Source of the DNA: Chlamydiia bacterium
GTDB taxonomy: Bacteria; Chlamydiota; Chlamydiia; Chlamydiales; Parachlamydiaceae
DNA length: 31,243 nt
Direction of reading: 5' to 3'
Assembly (NCBI GenBank): GCA_038257035.1
Contig: JBBSJT010000013.1
Span: 1 to 31,243 of the forward strand
Position numbers and translations under genes: made by a program
Shown here: piece by piece, positions 1-8,745 of the stretch
How positions within the stretch are numbered: position 1 is the first letter of the stretch
How the letters are laid out: each line of letters opens with the position of its first letter
Notes under the pieces: model-generated
Told to the model about the DNA's origin: nothing
The model's input: the letters and a program-made list of their open reading frames with translations, nothing else
The model's database searches: none

Positions 1-615
1 ATTATCTGCAAGATTGCTGATGCTCTTTTTATTCAATTTCCAAAATTTGTCTTTAATTCCATTCTAGCACCTGCTGGTGGTGCATTAAAAAATGTTGCTA
101 TCTGGACTTACAATAATATTTTAACTCCTATTGGACGTGCAATCAAGACTGTTGTCCTTGCTGTTTTCCAAAAAATACTACCGGCAATTGGAAATGCATT
201 TAAGAACTTTACAAAATGGACCTACAAGAACGTACTAACACCAATTGGGAAAATTATCTGCAAGATTGCTGATGCCATTTTTATCCAATTTCCAAAATTT
301 ATCTTCAGCGAAGTCATCACACCAAGTTATTTGGCAATCAAGGGATTTTCTGTATGGACGTATGATGAAATTTTAACTCCACTTGCAACTACTATCAAAA
401 ACATCGTGAATGCCATGCTTTTTGAGATGCCAAAAGCTTTTTATGATACTGTCTTAGCTCCATTAGGAATAAGCATACAAGCCAATAAAAAATGGACAAA
501 AGATCAAGTCCTTCTTCCGATGTTGGATATCGCTAAGGAATTTTTTACAGAGACAATTCCTGCAGGATTTAACACAATCACTGATGCGGTTAAAAGAAAA
601 ATAGCATTTGCATAA
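1..615 (+). CDS. C-terminal part of an amphipathic helical repeat protein (tape-measure/apolipoprotein-like); 5' end lies outside the window
   Basis: Frame 1 is open from base 1 to TAA at 613-615 (IICKIADALFIQFPKF...KRKIAFA). WT(Y/K)xx(I/V)L(T/L)P recurs at aa 35, 73, 119 and 165. ATTATCTGCAAGATTGCTGATGC repeats at 1 and 253 (84 aa period). The ORF-track start at 331 is internal. Confidence 0.8.
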   Translation: MICKIADALFIQFPKFVFNSILAPAGGALKNVAIWTYNNILTPIGRAIKTVVLAVFQKILPAIGNAFKNFTKWTYKNVLTPIGKIICKIADAIFIQFPKFIFSEVITPSYLAIKGFSVWTYDEILTPLATTIKNIVNAMLFEMPKAFYDTVLAPLGISIQANKKWTKDQVLLPMLDIAKEFFTETIPAGFNTITDAVKRKIAFA

Positions 616-657
616 TGCTTAACGTCGGTTATGAATTCTTGATAAAAAAATCACAAG

Positions 658-714
658 GATCTAAGCCGGTCTTAAGGAGATTTCTAAAACTTGCTCGATA
701 AGACCGGTTGGATT
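658..714. repeat. Inverted repeat / stem-loop
   Basis: CCGGTCTTA (666-674) pairs with TAAGACCGG (699-707), with imperfect extension; lies between convergent genes. Confidence 0.6.
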
Positions 715-717
715 TTA

Positions 718-823
718 TTGGGGACGGTTCTCACATAAGTGAATAACTTCTAATCGACAATTTTAGCATTATAAAACAAATTTTTCGATTAAAAGTTATG
801 CACTTATGAAGAACTGTCCCCAA
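718..823. repeat. ~105 bp imperfect palindromic element (REP/MITE-like, type A)
   Basis: TTGGGGACGGTTCT-CA-CATAAGTGAATAACTTCTAATCGA pairs with TCGATTAAAAGTTATGCACTTATG-AAGAACTGTCCCCAA. Confidence 0.85.
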
Positions 824-877
824 ACGAACATACACCTATGTAATTTTTTAAGAAGAAAAATGCTACAAAAATAACAC

Positions 878-1047
878 CCTAGTACATCATGTCATTTAAA
901 TTGATAGGTAATATGCTTGGATTTTGCCTCTAGTTTAAGAATTAAATTTCAATACCATACATTGTTGTAGGATTGAAATTTAATTCTTAAAATAGAGGTG
1001 AAAGACAAGTATAGTACCTATCATTTTAGATGACATGGTGTACTAGG
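878..1047. repeat. 170 bp imperfect palindromic element (MITE-like, type B)
   Basis: Arms of about 76 bp: CCTAGTACATCATGTCAT...TTAAGAATTAAATTTCAAT and ATTGAAATTTAATTCTTAA...ATGACATGGTGTACTAGG, with an 18 nt loop. A half copy occurs at 20337-20418. Confidence 0.9.
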
Positions 1048-1091
1048 TATTGGCTACAAAGTGAGAGGTCCTCCGGACCTTAGCAAGGGTA

Positions 1092-2192
1092 TTACTGTAA
1101 TCCTTTTTTTTCTTGGAGCAGGCTAAGCCCCAATTGTTCTGGCCATCCTTCGGTGGAGTTTGATAACACGACGACGCCTTTCTCATTTTTTCGATCGAAC
1201 CCAATGAAGCTACGAAAACCACCCGTGCCTCCATTATGCCATATGATATCACCATTTTCTGACTTTGAAAGAATCCATCCAAGGCCGATTGAAGTGTTGG
1301 AATCTATTGGATAAAGTCCCATATGGCATTCTTTTAAAGATGGGTTTAAGGATGATTTTAAAAGACTCATATTTGCCTCTAAAAATTTTAACAGATCCCT
1401 TACATTTGATTTAAGGGCACCTGCCGCTACAATAGCTTCTGTAAAATCCCAATAATTTACTTGTCTACCTAAATGGTGCCCTTTTGCAAAGAGACGTGGT
1501 TTTTCTTGATCTTGAAAAATTCTGGTATCATGCATTTCTAAAGGATTTAATACAGAATCTAAAAGCCATTGTTCATAAGGCTTGCAAGCTTTAAGAGATA
1601 AAATATGCCCTAATAACCCCATGCCTACATTAGAATATTCAAATGTATCACCAGGAGTTCTTGTTAACTCATAATTATTTAAAAACTCATAAAGATTTTC
1701 CAGAGTATAATCTTCAAACGGATTCAAAGGATTTTTCGGATTGAAATTTGTTGGCATGCTAGGAAGGCCTGAATGGTGTGTTGCCAAATGTGCAAGAGTA
1801 ATTTTTTCGCCATTCATTTCAGGTATTTTCACACCATGTAAATGCAGCTCGACTGGATCGTCTAATTGGACAATTCCCTTAGCTACCATCTCCATTAGGC
1901 CAAGCGTCGTAAAAACTTTTGTAATGGAGCCGACCTCATAGATTGTTTTTTCATTAACTTTTTCATCGTCTATCAATGAATTTGTTCCATAGGAATAGGT
2001 TTTGACAATTCCATGATCTATGAAACCTACAACGACTCCCGTCGCAGCTTTTTGATCGACATATTCTTGAATAAGCTCTTGTATATTCATGGTATTCTCC
2101 ATTTTATTTTCATTTTCGGCACCGGCAAAGACAGCACTAAAACCGATTAGGAAGGCACTCAATATAAATTTAAAGCGTCTGATTACGTTCAT
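1092..2192 (-). CDS. Serine hydrolase, class C beta-lactamase/AmpC-like family
   Basis: SITK (SxxK), YSN (YxN), HNG motifs; LATHHSGL; N-terminal signal peptide (AVFAG). Confidence 0.92.
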   Translation of the reverse strand: MNVIRRFKFILSAFLIGFSAVFAGAENENKMENTMNIQELIQEYVDQKAATGVVVGFIDHGIVKTYSYGTNSLIDDEKVNEKTIYEVGSITKVFTTLGLMEMVAKGIVQLDDPVELHLHGVKIPEMNGEKITLAHLATHHSGLPSMPTNFNPKNPLNPFEDYTLENLYEFLNNYELTRTPGDTFEYSNVGMGLLGHILSLKACKPYEQWLLDSVLNPLEMHDTRIFQDQEKPRLFAKGHHLGRQVNYWDFTEAIVAAGALKSNVRDLLKFLEANMSLLKSSLNPSLKECHMGLYPIDSNTSIGLGWILSKSENGDIIWHNGGTGGFRSFIGFDRKNEKGVVVLSNSTEGWPEQLGLSLLQEKKGLQ

Positions 2193-2193
2193 A

Positions 2194-2637
2194 TCATTTC
2201 TTTACTTTGGTAAATTTCATATATTTTTTGATTAAAATTTCAAGTTCTGCTTCTAAAAAAATGCAGTAGTTGTCCATTTCTTGTAAATGTTCGAATTTTT
2301 CAAGTTCATTCAGTGGAATTTCTTCAATGATGACGCGTAATTTTCTAACTTCTTTAATTTTTTCATTTAGATTCATACCCCACATATTTTTCTTTATCTG
2401 GTAAAAATCTGCACGCTTATCGGCAAGCAGCACCTTTTCTATGACACCCGTTGCTAAAAGCCTTCTTAATTCTGTACTGGCAGTACTTTTACTTATTTGC
2501 AAATTTTCTACCAACTGCCCCATGGAAACAGGTTCTTTTGCTGTCATAAAGAATCCAAACATTCGACCGTAAGTTTTACTTAAACCAATCTCATCAAAAT
2601 AGATTCCAAATTTATCCATCAATTTATCAAAGTCCAT
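2194..2637 (-). CDS. GbsR/MarR family transcriptional regulator
   Basis: GLSKTYGRMFG...LQISKSTASTELRRL winged-helix. The ATG at 2637 lies downstream of the promoter and follows GGGGGA. The stop is adjacent to the hydrolase start. Confidence 0.88.
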   Translation of the reverse strand: MDFDKLMDKFGIYFDEIGLSKTYGRMFGFFMTAKEPVSMGQLVENLQISKSTASTELRRLLATGVIEKVLLADKRADFYQIKKNMWGMNLNEKIKEVRKLRVIIEEIPLNELEKFEHLQEMDNYCIFLEAELEILIKKYMKFTKVKK

Positions 2638-2666
2638 TATCCCCCAAAGTTTTATTAGTTCGATAT

Positions 2667-2713
2667 GTTCGGTCCACACAGAACATTATATAACATTACT
2701 TTTTTACTGTCTA
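2667..2713 (-). promoter_or_regulatory. Sigma70-type promoter with overlapping palindromic operator
   Basis: Minus strand TAGACA (2713-2708)-N17-TATAAT (2690-2685), followed immediately by GTTCTGT-GTGG-ACCGAAC (2684-2667). Confidence 0.75.
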
Positions 2714-2827
2714 CAAGAATAGTACTGGTATTTTTGGAGTCTGTTTTTTTTAAAAATCAGTTTTTGTAGAAATTCATTGAAAGGTTAGAGAACAATGTCC
2801 CCTTTTATCATTTTAGTAGCTAAGAAA

Positions 2828-3619
2828 TTAAAAGGATAAACCTAATATCCCTGATTCCAAGAGCAATTGCTTGACTCTTGGAATTCTTTGATCAAGATTT
2901 ATTTTCTTATCGAGAATAAGATAGGCGAACGGATAAATATTTTGATCATTTTCAATCCAACCCACAAACCATGCATGTTCTAAAGTTTTTCCGTCTTGAG
3001 TTATACTCGAACCACTCCATCCTGTTTTCCCGTACAACCTATAACCATTTGATAATTCTTCTTTAAAAAGAATTGCTTTTGTCATTTGAGTTGAAAAAGT
3101 GGAAATCGGAAGCTTACCAAGGATCATTTTTTGAATGAAAATAACCTGCTCTTTCGGAGATATTTTTAAAGAAGAGTTTATCCAGGCAACGCTTTCGGCC
3201 CCAAGTTTTCCTAGCCCTCCGCAAATATCCTTATTTCCATAGTCCATAATATTCAAATAGCTTTGAATTTTTTCCACACCTAATTCTAAGGCAATGATTT
3301 TGGAATACCAAATACAAGAATAGCGCATCCATGATTGTGGGGTTATGGATGCTTTCCATGATTCCATATAGTCATCATACCCTTCTTTAAATTTTAGAAC
3401 CGGAAGATTTTCGTCTTTTAAAAAGCCGGCATCATACCCCATCAGGCTTAGAGCTATCTTAAAAGTCGAACATGGACTTATTCTATCATCTAGCCTTTGA
3501 CCAAATTCGACAACGACTTCATTTGTCACACCATTTATAAGAAGAAAATTCTCTTCTGCAAAAAGAGAATTACAAAAAAAAAAGCAAACGATTAATTTGA
3601 TAGACAACTGAAAATTCAT
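2828..3619 (-). CDS. blaOXA: Class D beta-lactamase (OXA-like)
   Basis: PCSTFKI (STFK), SCI (SxV position), YGN, W...SLKISP and KTG motifs; signal peptide (SLFA). Confidence 0.88.
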   Translation of the reverse strand: MNFQLSIKLIVCFFFCNSLFAEENFLLINGVTNEVVVEFGQRLDDRISPCSTFKIALSLMGYDAGFLKDENLPVLKFKEGYDDYMESWKASITPQSWMRYSCIWYSKIIALELGVEKIQSYLNIMDYGNKDICGGLGKLGAESVAWINSSLKISPKEQVIFIQKMILGKLPISTFSTQMTKAILFKEELSNGYRLYGKTGWSGSSITQDGKTLEHAWFVGWIENDQNIYPFAYLILDKKINLDQRIPRVKQLLLESGILGLSF

Positions 3620-3724
3620 TCACAACCTATTAAAACATGATTTTGATAAAAATTTTAACAAAACTAATGATTTTGTCAACGAAATAAATTAAATGGTGTT
3701 GTAATTTTATTCATTTAAAAAAAA

Positions 3725-4123
3725 TCAGTGTTTTAAGATTACATCAACAACAGATTTAAGAGGAATAGTGCCTTCATAAAGATGATAAAATTTTGTAGCA
3801 CCGTTAGGATTTGCCTCATAGATTAGACGACCGACCAACTTGTTTGTAATCAGTTTTAAAATGATATAATCTTTATCTTTCCAAAACTTTTCTGCAATAC
3901 GCGGTAGCTGCTCTTCTGTTGCAAGATGAATAAAATCCTTATCCATTGCCGAATTGACGATCTCTTTTTGAGATAAGCTCTTCTGCCAATCTTCAGAAGA
4001 GACAATTTTATAAAGAAATTCCGGTTGTTCTTGGATTTGGCTCTGCTCAACCATTTTTAATTCCTCATTTGAATGCCCACACATCGATAAAAACATAGAT
4101 GCAAATAAAACAACTCTTTTCAT
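3725..4123 (-). CDS. DUF952 domain protein with hydrophobic N-terminal leader
   Basis: LYKIV...W...DKDFIHLAT...LIYE...FYHLYEGTIPL pattern; GGGGG RBS upstream. Confidence 0.85.
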   Translation of the reverse strand: MKRVVLFASMFLSMCGHSNEELKMVEQSQIQEQPEFLYKIVSSEDWQKSLSQKEIVNSAMDKDFIHLATEEQLPRIAEKFWKDKDYIILKLITNKLVGRLIYEANPNGATKFYHLYEGTIPLKSVVDVILKH

Positions 4124-4270
4124 AACCCCCCTTTATCTTATCTTAAAAGTATACACTTTCTAATTCAAAATAAAATCTTTTAAATAATTTTTCCCTAAAA
4201 GCTCGTTGGCATTCATACATTCATTTAGAGAAATTGGCATTCGGTGTATGCTGTACCAAAAGGAAATAAA

Positions 4271-5218
4271 ATGATTTACCTGACTGCTCTTACTGATTTA
4301 TTACTTTCTAAAGTTTTTTCTAATCTTGACAAGTCCAATCAAAAAAGCGCTTCATTAGTTTGTAAGATTTTCCAAAACATTATAAATAACAATGAAGCTG
4401 GGTATACCGCGCTTATTATAAGTCGTCAGGGATTTATAGACAAATTTTTCTTAAAAAAAGTCCCCGGATTAAATATAAGCTACGGCCAAATTTTTGATAT
4501 TTTCAATAAAAACGGAATAGACATTTACGTAAGTGGCGGCGCGATAAGGGACTTGCTAGGCATAAGATCTTCAAGTGTTATAGATATCGATTTTTCATTT
4601 ACCGGAAATGTTGAGAAGATCGTTGAAATTGCTAAAGAAAACTTTTGGCAATTTAGTAAAAGACCCGATTTTCCCGTGATTCAAATAGGGATACGAAAGG
4701 ATTGCTGCTTACAAGGCATCTCTGTAGATTACACTTTAAAAGCCCCAATAGAATCACTTGATTTTTGTTTAAATAATATTACCTACCACTACAATGCAAA
4801 GCAATTAATTGACAGAACAGGCAAAGGGTTTGATGCTATCTTTAAGCAAAAGTTAAATATTCCTTTAGAAGACAGGGAGAAATGGCTTGGTGGTGAAGTC
4901 TTTGGCTCGATCTACAACAAAATCTTTCGTACTTGGAAAATGCTAGGCCGTGGATATGGATTAGAGCCATCCCTACATTCCTTTTTGTATTCAAAAACTA
5001 TCAAATTTCTCCAAACTGATAGACAAGAGTTTCTAGAAAATATGATTTTCTATCTTGGAAGGGATTATGACGATTACGATAGTTATCTGATAGGATCAGG
5101 TTTACTAATGGGTAACAAGTGGAAAAATGAAGTAATAACACCTTTAGAAAATGAGATTTTATCCTCTTTTAAAAATAAGGAAGAACTTTGGGAAAGTTAC
5201 ACATTCAATAATAAATAA
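4271..5218 (+). CDS. F-box-like N-terminus fused to a class II (CCA-adding/poly(A) polymerase-like) nucleotidyltransferase head domain
   Basis: LTDLLLSKVFSNLD...SASLVCKIFQNII matches the F-box pattern. IYVSGGAIRDLLG...DIDF and DFCLN...LIDRTGKGFD match the NTase. AAGGA RBS precedes the ATG at 4271. Confidence 0.78.
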   Translation: MIYLTALTDLLLSKVFSNLDKSNQKSASLVCKIFQNIINNNEAGYTALIISRQGFIDKFFLKKVPGLNISYGQIFDIFNKNGIDIYVSGGAIRDLLGIRSSSVIDIDFSFTGNVEKIVEIAKENFWQFSKRPDFPVIQIGIRKDCCLQGISVDYTLKAPIESLDFCLNNITYHYNAKQLIDRTGKGFDAIFKQKLNIPLEDREKWLGGEVFGSIYNKIFRTWKMLGRGYGLEPSLHSFLYSKTIKFLQTDRQEFLENMIFYLGRDYDDYDSYLIGSGLLMGNKWKNEVITPLENEILSSFKNKEELWESYTFNNK

Positions 5219-5249
5219 TAATTTTTTTACAACCCAATAAAATAATTTA

Positions 5250-5279
5250 TTGACATAAATAACTTTACGCTGATAGTCT
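5250..5279 (+). promoter_or_regulatory. Sigma70-type promoter
   Basis: TTGACA (5250-5255)-N18-TAGTCT with an extended -10 TG. Confidence 0.55.
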
Positions 5280-5309
5280 CATCGCCAATGCACTGAAAAA
5301 GGTCTTCTT

Positions 5310-7058
5310 ATGAAAATCAAATTTATTACCCTTGTTTTAATTACCGCTACAGTCAATCTATTTGGCGATTACCATTCATCTTCACCCTATCGATGTAAGA
5401 TGTCGGGTGATGAACTAGAAGCTGATATCATAGTTATTGGTGCAGGAGCTGCAGGATGCGTTCTGATGAGCGAGCTTTCACAAAATGGTCAATTTTCAGT
5501 TTTAGGAATAGAGGGTGGCTTAAACCTAACAACTGATCCTGAAATAGAAGCTGTAGGACTTCCCGCTTTTCTTTTAGCCGGCACAGGAAAAGCTAGGTAT
5601 TTTTGGCCGGGATGGAATCAAACCTTGGCAATGCCCGGTCTTAATGGACGTACAAGTGATTGGACTACCGGAATGCTTCTTGGTGGTGGCTCATCAATTA
5701 ATGGACTTTATTATGGTCGTGGGTCAAATGAAATGTATTCTCGTTGGGAAGGAATTTCCGGCAGCAGTAATTGGAGTCTTGCCAATATTCTTGAAACTTT
5801 TAAAAGACTTGAAAACTATCAAGGCTTGACAATTACCCCCGGAGCCCGGGGCAGCAATGGTCCTGTCAACATTCTTCAAACACCTACTATCTCAGATATT
5901 ACAGCAAACGTACTTTTACCTGCGACACAAGCAGCTTTTCCCGGAATTCCGGTTGTAGCCGATTACAATGACCCTACCGTACAAAATTGCATATGCCCTC
6001 GTTCTCAATGGTTTATCGACCCTTCAGGTACAAAACGAGTAAGCAGCGCTACGGCTTAATTAAATCAGTCGATCATGACACCTGAGGGTCAGGGTGTTAA
6101 TGGACATAAACTATTTATGCTTTTTGGTTCGGTAGGTGTGAAAATACTATTTGACAAACATGGCACTGCTAAGAAGGTAAGATACATGAAAGATGGTAAG
6201 CTTTTTGAAGCAAAAGCTAAAAAAGCTGTTGTTTTGGCAAGTGGCATTAACAGTAGTAAATTGCTACAACTTTCAGGAATTGGCCCCTCAGCAGCATTAG
6301 AAAATGCTAATATCGAACCTGTTTTCATTAATGAAAACATGGGAAAACATCTTCAAAATCATCCGCTTATTTTTATTACAATGTTAGCAGATCCTGCTCT
6401 TAGCGGTGTTCCTGCCGGGGCTCCGTATGCATTTACGATCAATAGTGTCTATTTGCCGGTAGTTGGAGGGGGTGCGAATGATCCAAGAATGCTACAAATG
6501 CTGTTCGAATTTATACCTGCAACCGCAACAACTCCAGCAATTTTAGCCGTTGGATTTGATCTTTTGAACCCGATAAGTGAAGGTAGTGTAACGATTCAAA
6601 GCGATAATACTTATCAAATTGCAGCAGCAGATGATGGCTTTTATCAAAATCCCATAGACCTTGAAAATATGAAGGGAGCCGTCTCAGTCTATATACGCGC
6701 TCTTTTAGATCAGCTAGAAATCATGTACCCTTTTCCTTCGCCTTGGTTTAGACCTATATTAAGTGATCCGATCAATTTAGTCATCCTTTCAGGTTATAAT
6801 GACGACATCGTGACCCAGTATGTTAAAAATAATAGCAATCTTTCATTGGATATTCATCATTTTGTTTCACATTGTAAAATGGCAGCTTTTGAAGCAGGTG
6901 GTGTTGTAGATGGTAATACTCGTGTTTATGGTACCAAAAACGTGTTTGTAGCAGACAACTCCATTTGCCCTGTAATACCTGATATTAACACTACAGGGCC
7001 TGCTATGATGATTGGATTGCGGACTAGCGAAATTCTTAAAAAAGTACTAAAAAAATAA
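5310..7058 (+). pseudogene. GMC family oxidoreductase (choline dehydrogenase-like) interrupted by a single in-frame TAA at 6057-6059
   Basis: GAGAAG, GGGSSING, SKLLQLSGIG, IHH...CKM, GVVD, VADNS and NT motifs. Both ORFs are in one frame, reading RVSSATA*LNQSIM where GMCs usually have SxATAYL. Confidence 0.88.
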
Positions 7059-7067
7059 GATCATCAA

Positions 7068-7667
7068 ATGAAAACAAATATTCTTCTGTTACTTATGTCT
7101 CTTTCAATTTTCATGGCTGCTGATGCCTCCTGCTATGGAGGGAGCTGCTATTATGCAAAGTTTTTTAGCGGTGCAAATTTTATGCAAACAGCTAAAAAAA
7201 TATCGGCAAATAAACCTACATATCAGACAGGGTATAATATATCCGCCTCCTTAGGTTATTGTTGGCAATATGGTCTTCGTTTAGAGGGTGAATATGCTTA
7301 TAGAAAAAATACCATTAGAGAAATCGATTTCTTCGGTGAAGGTTTTTCAAAACATGGACAAGTCAAAGTTTCCTCATATATGGCCAATGTACTTTGGGAT
7401 TTGCCTTTATCTTTATGGGGATGCCCCTTTTTGAATATCAAACCCTTTGTTGGAGCAGGATGTGGCTATGATTATCGACAAATGCACTCTTCAAATTCTC
7501 GTATTCGTTTTACAGAAAAGTGGCATCATTTTTCTTGGGCTCTTATGGCAGGTCTTGCTTATCCTGTCATCTTTAACACAGAAGTAACTTTAGAATATAA
7601 ATTTCATCAAGCAGGCTGTCGTTTTAATGACCATACTCTCGGAGCTGGACTCTTGTATAAGTTCTAA
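7068..7667 (+). CDS. Outer membrane beta-barrel protein (8-stranded OmpA-like/OMP_b-brl family)
   Basis: Signal peptide; LRLEGEYAYRKN, YMANVLWD, PFVGAGCGY, LMAGLAY; C-terminal aromatic strand ending LLYKF. Confidence 0.85.
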   Translation: MKTNILLLLMSLSIFMAADASCYGGSCYYAKFFSGANFMQTAKKISANKPTYQTGYNISASLGYCWQYGLRLEGEYAYRKNTIREIDFFGEGFSKHGQVKVSSYMANVLWDLPLSLWGCPFLNIKPFVGAGCGYDYRQMHSSNSRIRFTEKWHHFSWALMAGLAYPVIFNTEVTLEYKFHQAGCRFNDHTLGAGLLYKF

Positions 7668-7733
7668 CATTCAACAACGTTAAGCAATCTCAAGACGTCG
7701 AGATTAATCTTCCCGATCCTTACTTAAATTTTA

Positions 7734-7763
7734 CAAGGCCAATAAAACAACTTATTGGCCTTG
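7734..7763. terminator. Intrinsic terminator between convergent genes
   Basis: CAAGGCCAATAA-AACAAC-TTATTGGCCTTG, a perfect 12 bp stem. Confidence 0.8.
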
Positions 7764-7777
7764 AAGTTTTATGAGTG

Positions 7778-8515
7778 TTATTTTTTCCAGACTTGATAAA
7801 AATAATCATAGCATGGACCAAAGCCGCCTGCTTGGTTGTAGACGAGTTTTAACCCATTTTCTTTAAATAGATTTTGTACATACTCCATGTGTGCGATGTC
7901 ATCAAAATCATTCTCAATGATGATTGTATGAATATTTTTTAACATTTCTGGTTCATCCTTTAAAATGCCATATAGAGCACCTTCACAATCTACGACAAGC
8001 GTATCAAATTTAATCCCATACTTTTTATTGAGCTTATTAAAACTAATCGTTTTAACTCTAGTGTAGCCTGGTAAATCAATATTGCTAGGTATTGTTTTCC
8101 AACCATTTTGAACAAGGGCAACTTTTGAAATAGCGGATGCTTCAATTTGAAATCGCAATCCGTTTGCATCTCTATTTTCCTCTAATAATTTTGCGGATTC
8201 TAAAGATGATTCAACAACTACAAGATTTTCAGATTTTTTCAAAATAGAAGCAATTACGCAACTATTTCTGCCAACATTTCCACCAAGTTCCAAAACTTTT
8301 GCACGTTTTGAAACATACATGGCAGCCATGAGCTGTTCCGGATACTCTTCTGCTAAACTTCCATGAACCAAATGCAATTTAGAATGAATAGCTTCTAATT
8401 TTGTATTGGCACGATCCATGGTTATAGCTTCCAAAGGCGCTGTATGGATTTGTGCTATCCCGATTAGAGAAAAGAAGATAGGGTAAATCATTTTCTTAAA
8501 TATATTTTTTTTCAC
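7778..8515 (-). CDS. FkbM family methyltransferase with N-terminal signal/anchor
   Basis: VLELGGNVG SAM motif, VVVE, FDTLVVDCEGA, IIIEND; GTG start with AGGAG RBS. Confidence 0.85.
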   Translation of the reverse strand: MKKNIFKKMIYPIFFSLIGIAQIHTAPLEAITMDRANTKLEAIHSKLHLVHGSLAEEYPEQLMAAMYVSKRAKVLELGGNVGRNSCVIASILKKSENLVVVESSLESAKLLEENRDANGLRFQIEASAISKVALVQNGWKTIPSNIDLPGYTRVKTISFNKLNKKYGIKFDTLVVDCEGALYGILKDEPEMLKNIHTIIIENDFDDIAHMEYVQNLFKENGLKLVYNQAGGFGPCYDYFYQVWKK

Positions 8516-8745
8516 TTTTGAACTCCTGTTTTTTTCGTCTACTGTAAATTTACACGATTAAATTTTCCATATAATAATGATAATTTTTTTAAAACCCACG
8601 AACTGATATGTTTGATTGCCATCATCAAAATTTACAAAAATTCGATCTCTGATAATAAAAAAAACAAATGTAAATTAAAAATTAATTATATATATGTAAA
8701 ATTAATAGAATACTATTTAAAAAACTGTAATAACTTGGAAAATTT

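Noticed and set aside
4271..5218. Housekeeping cca/pcnB
   Set aside because: RRD and EDxxR motifs are missing, the protein is short, and it has an F-box-like N-terminus.
6075..7058. Separate gene for the second GMC ORF
   Set aside because: It is in frame with the first half and holds only the C-terminal motifs; this is one interrupted gene.
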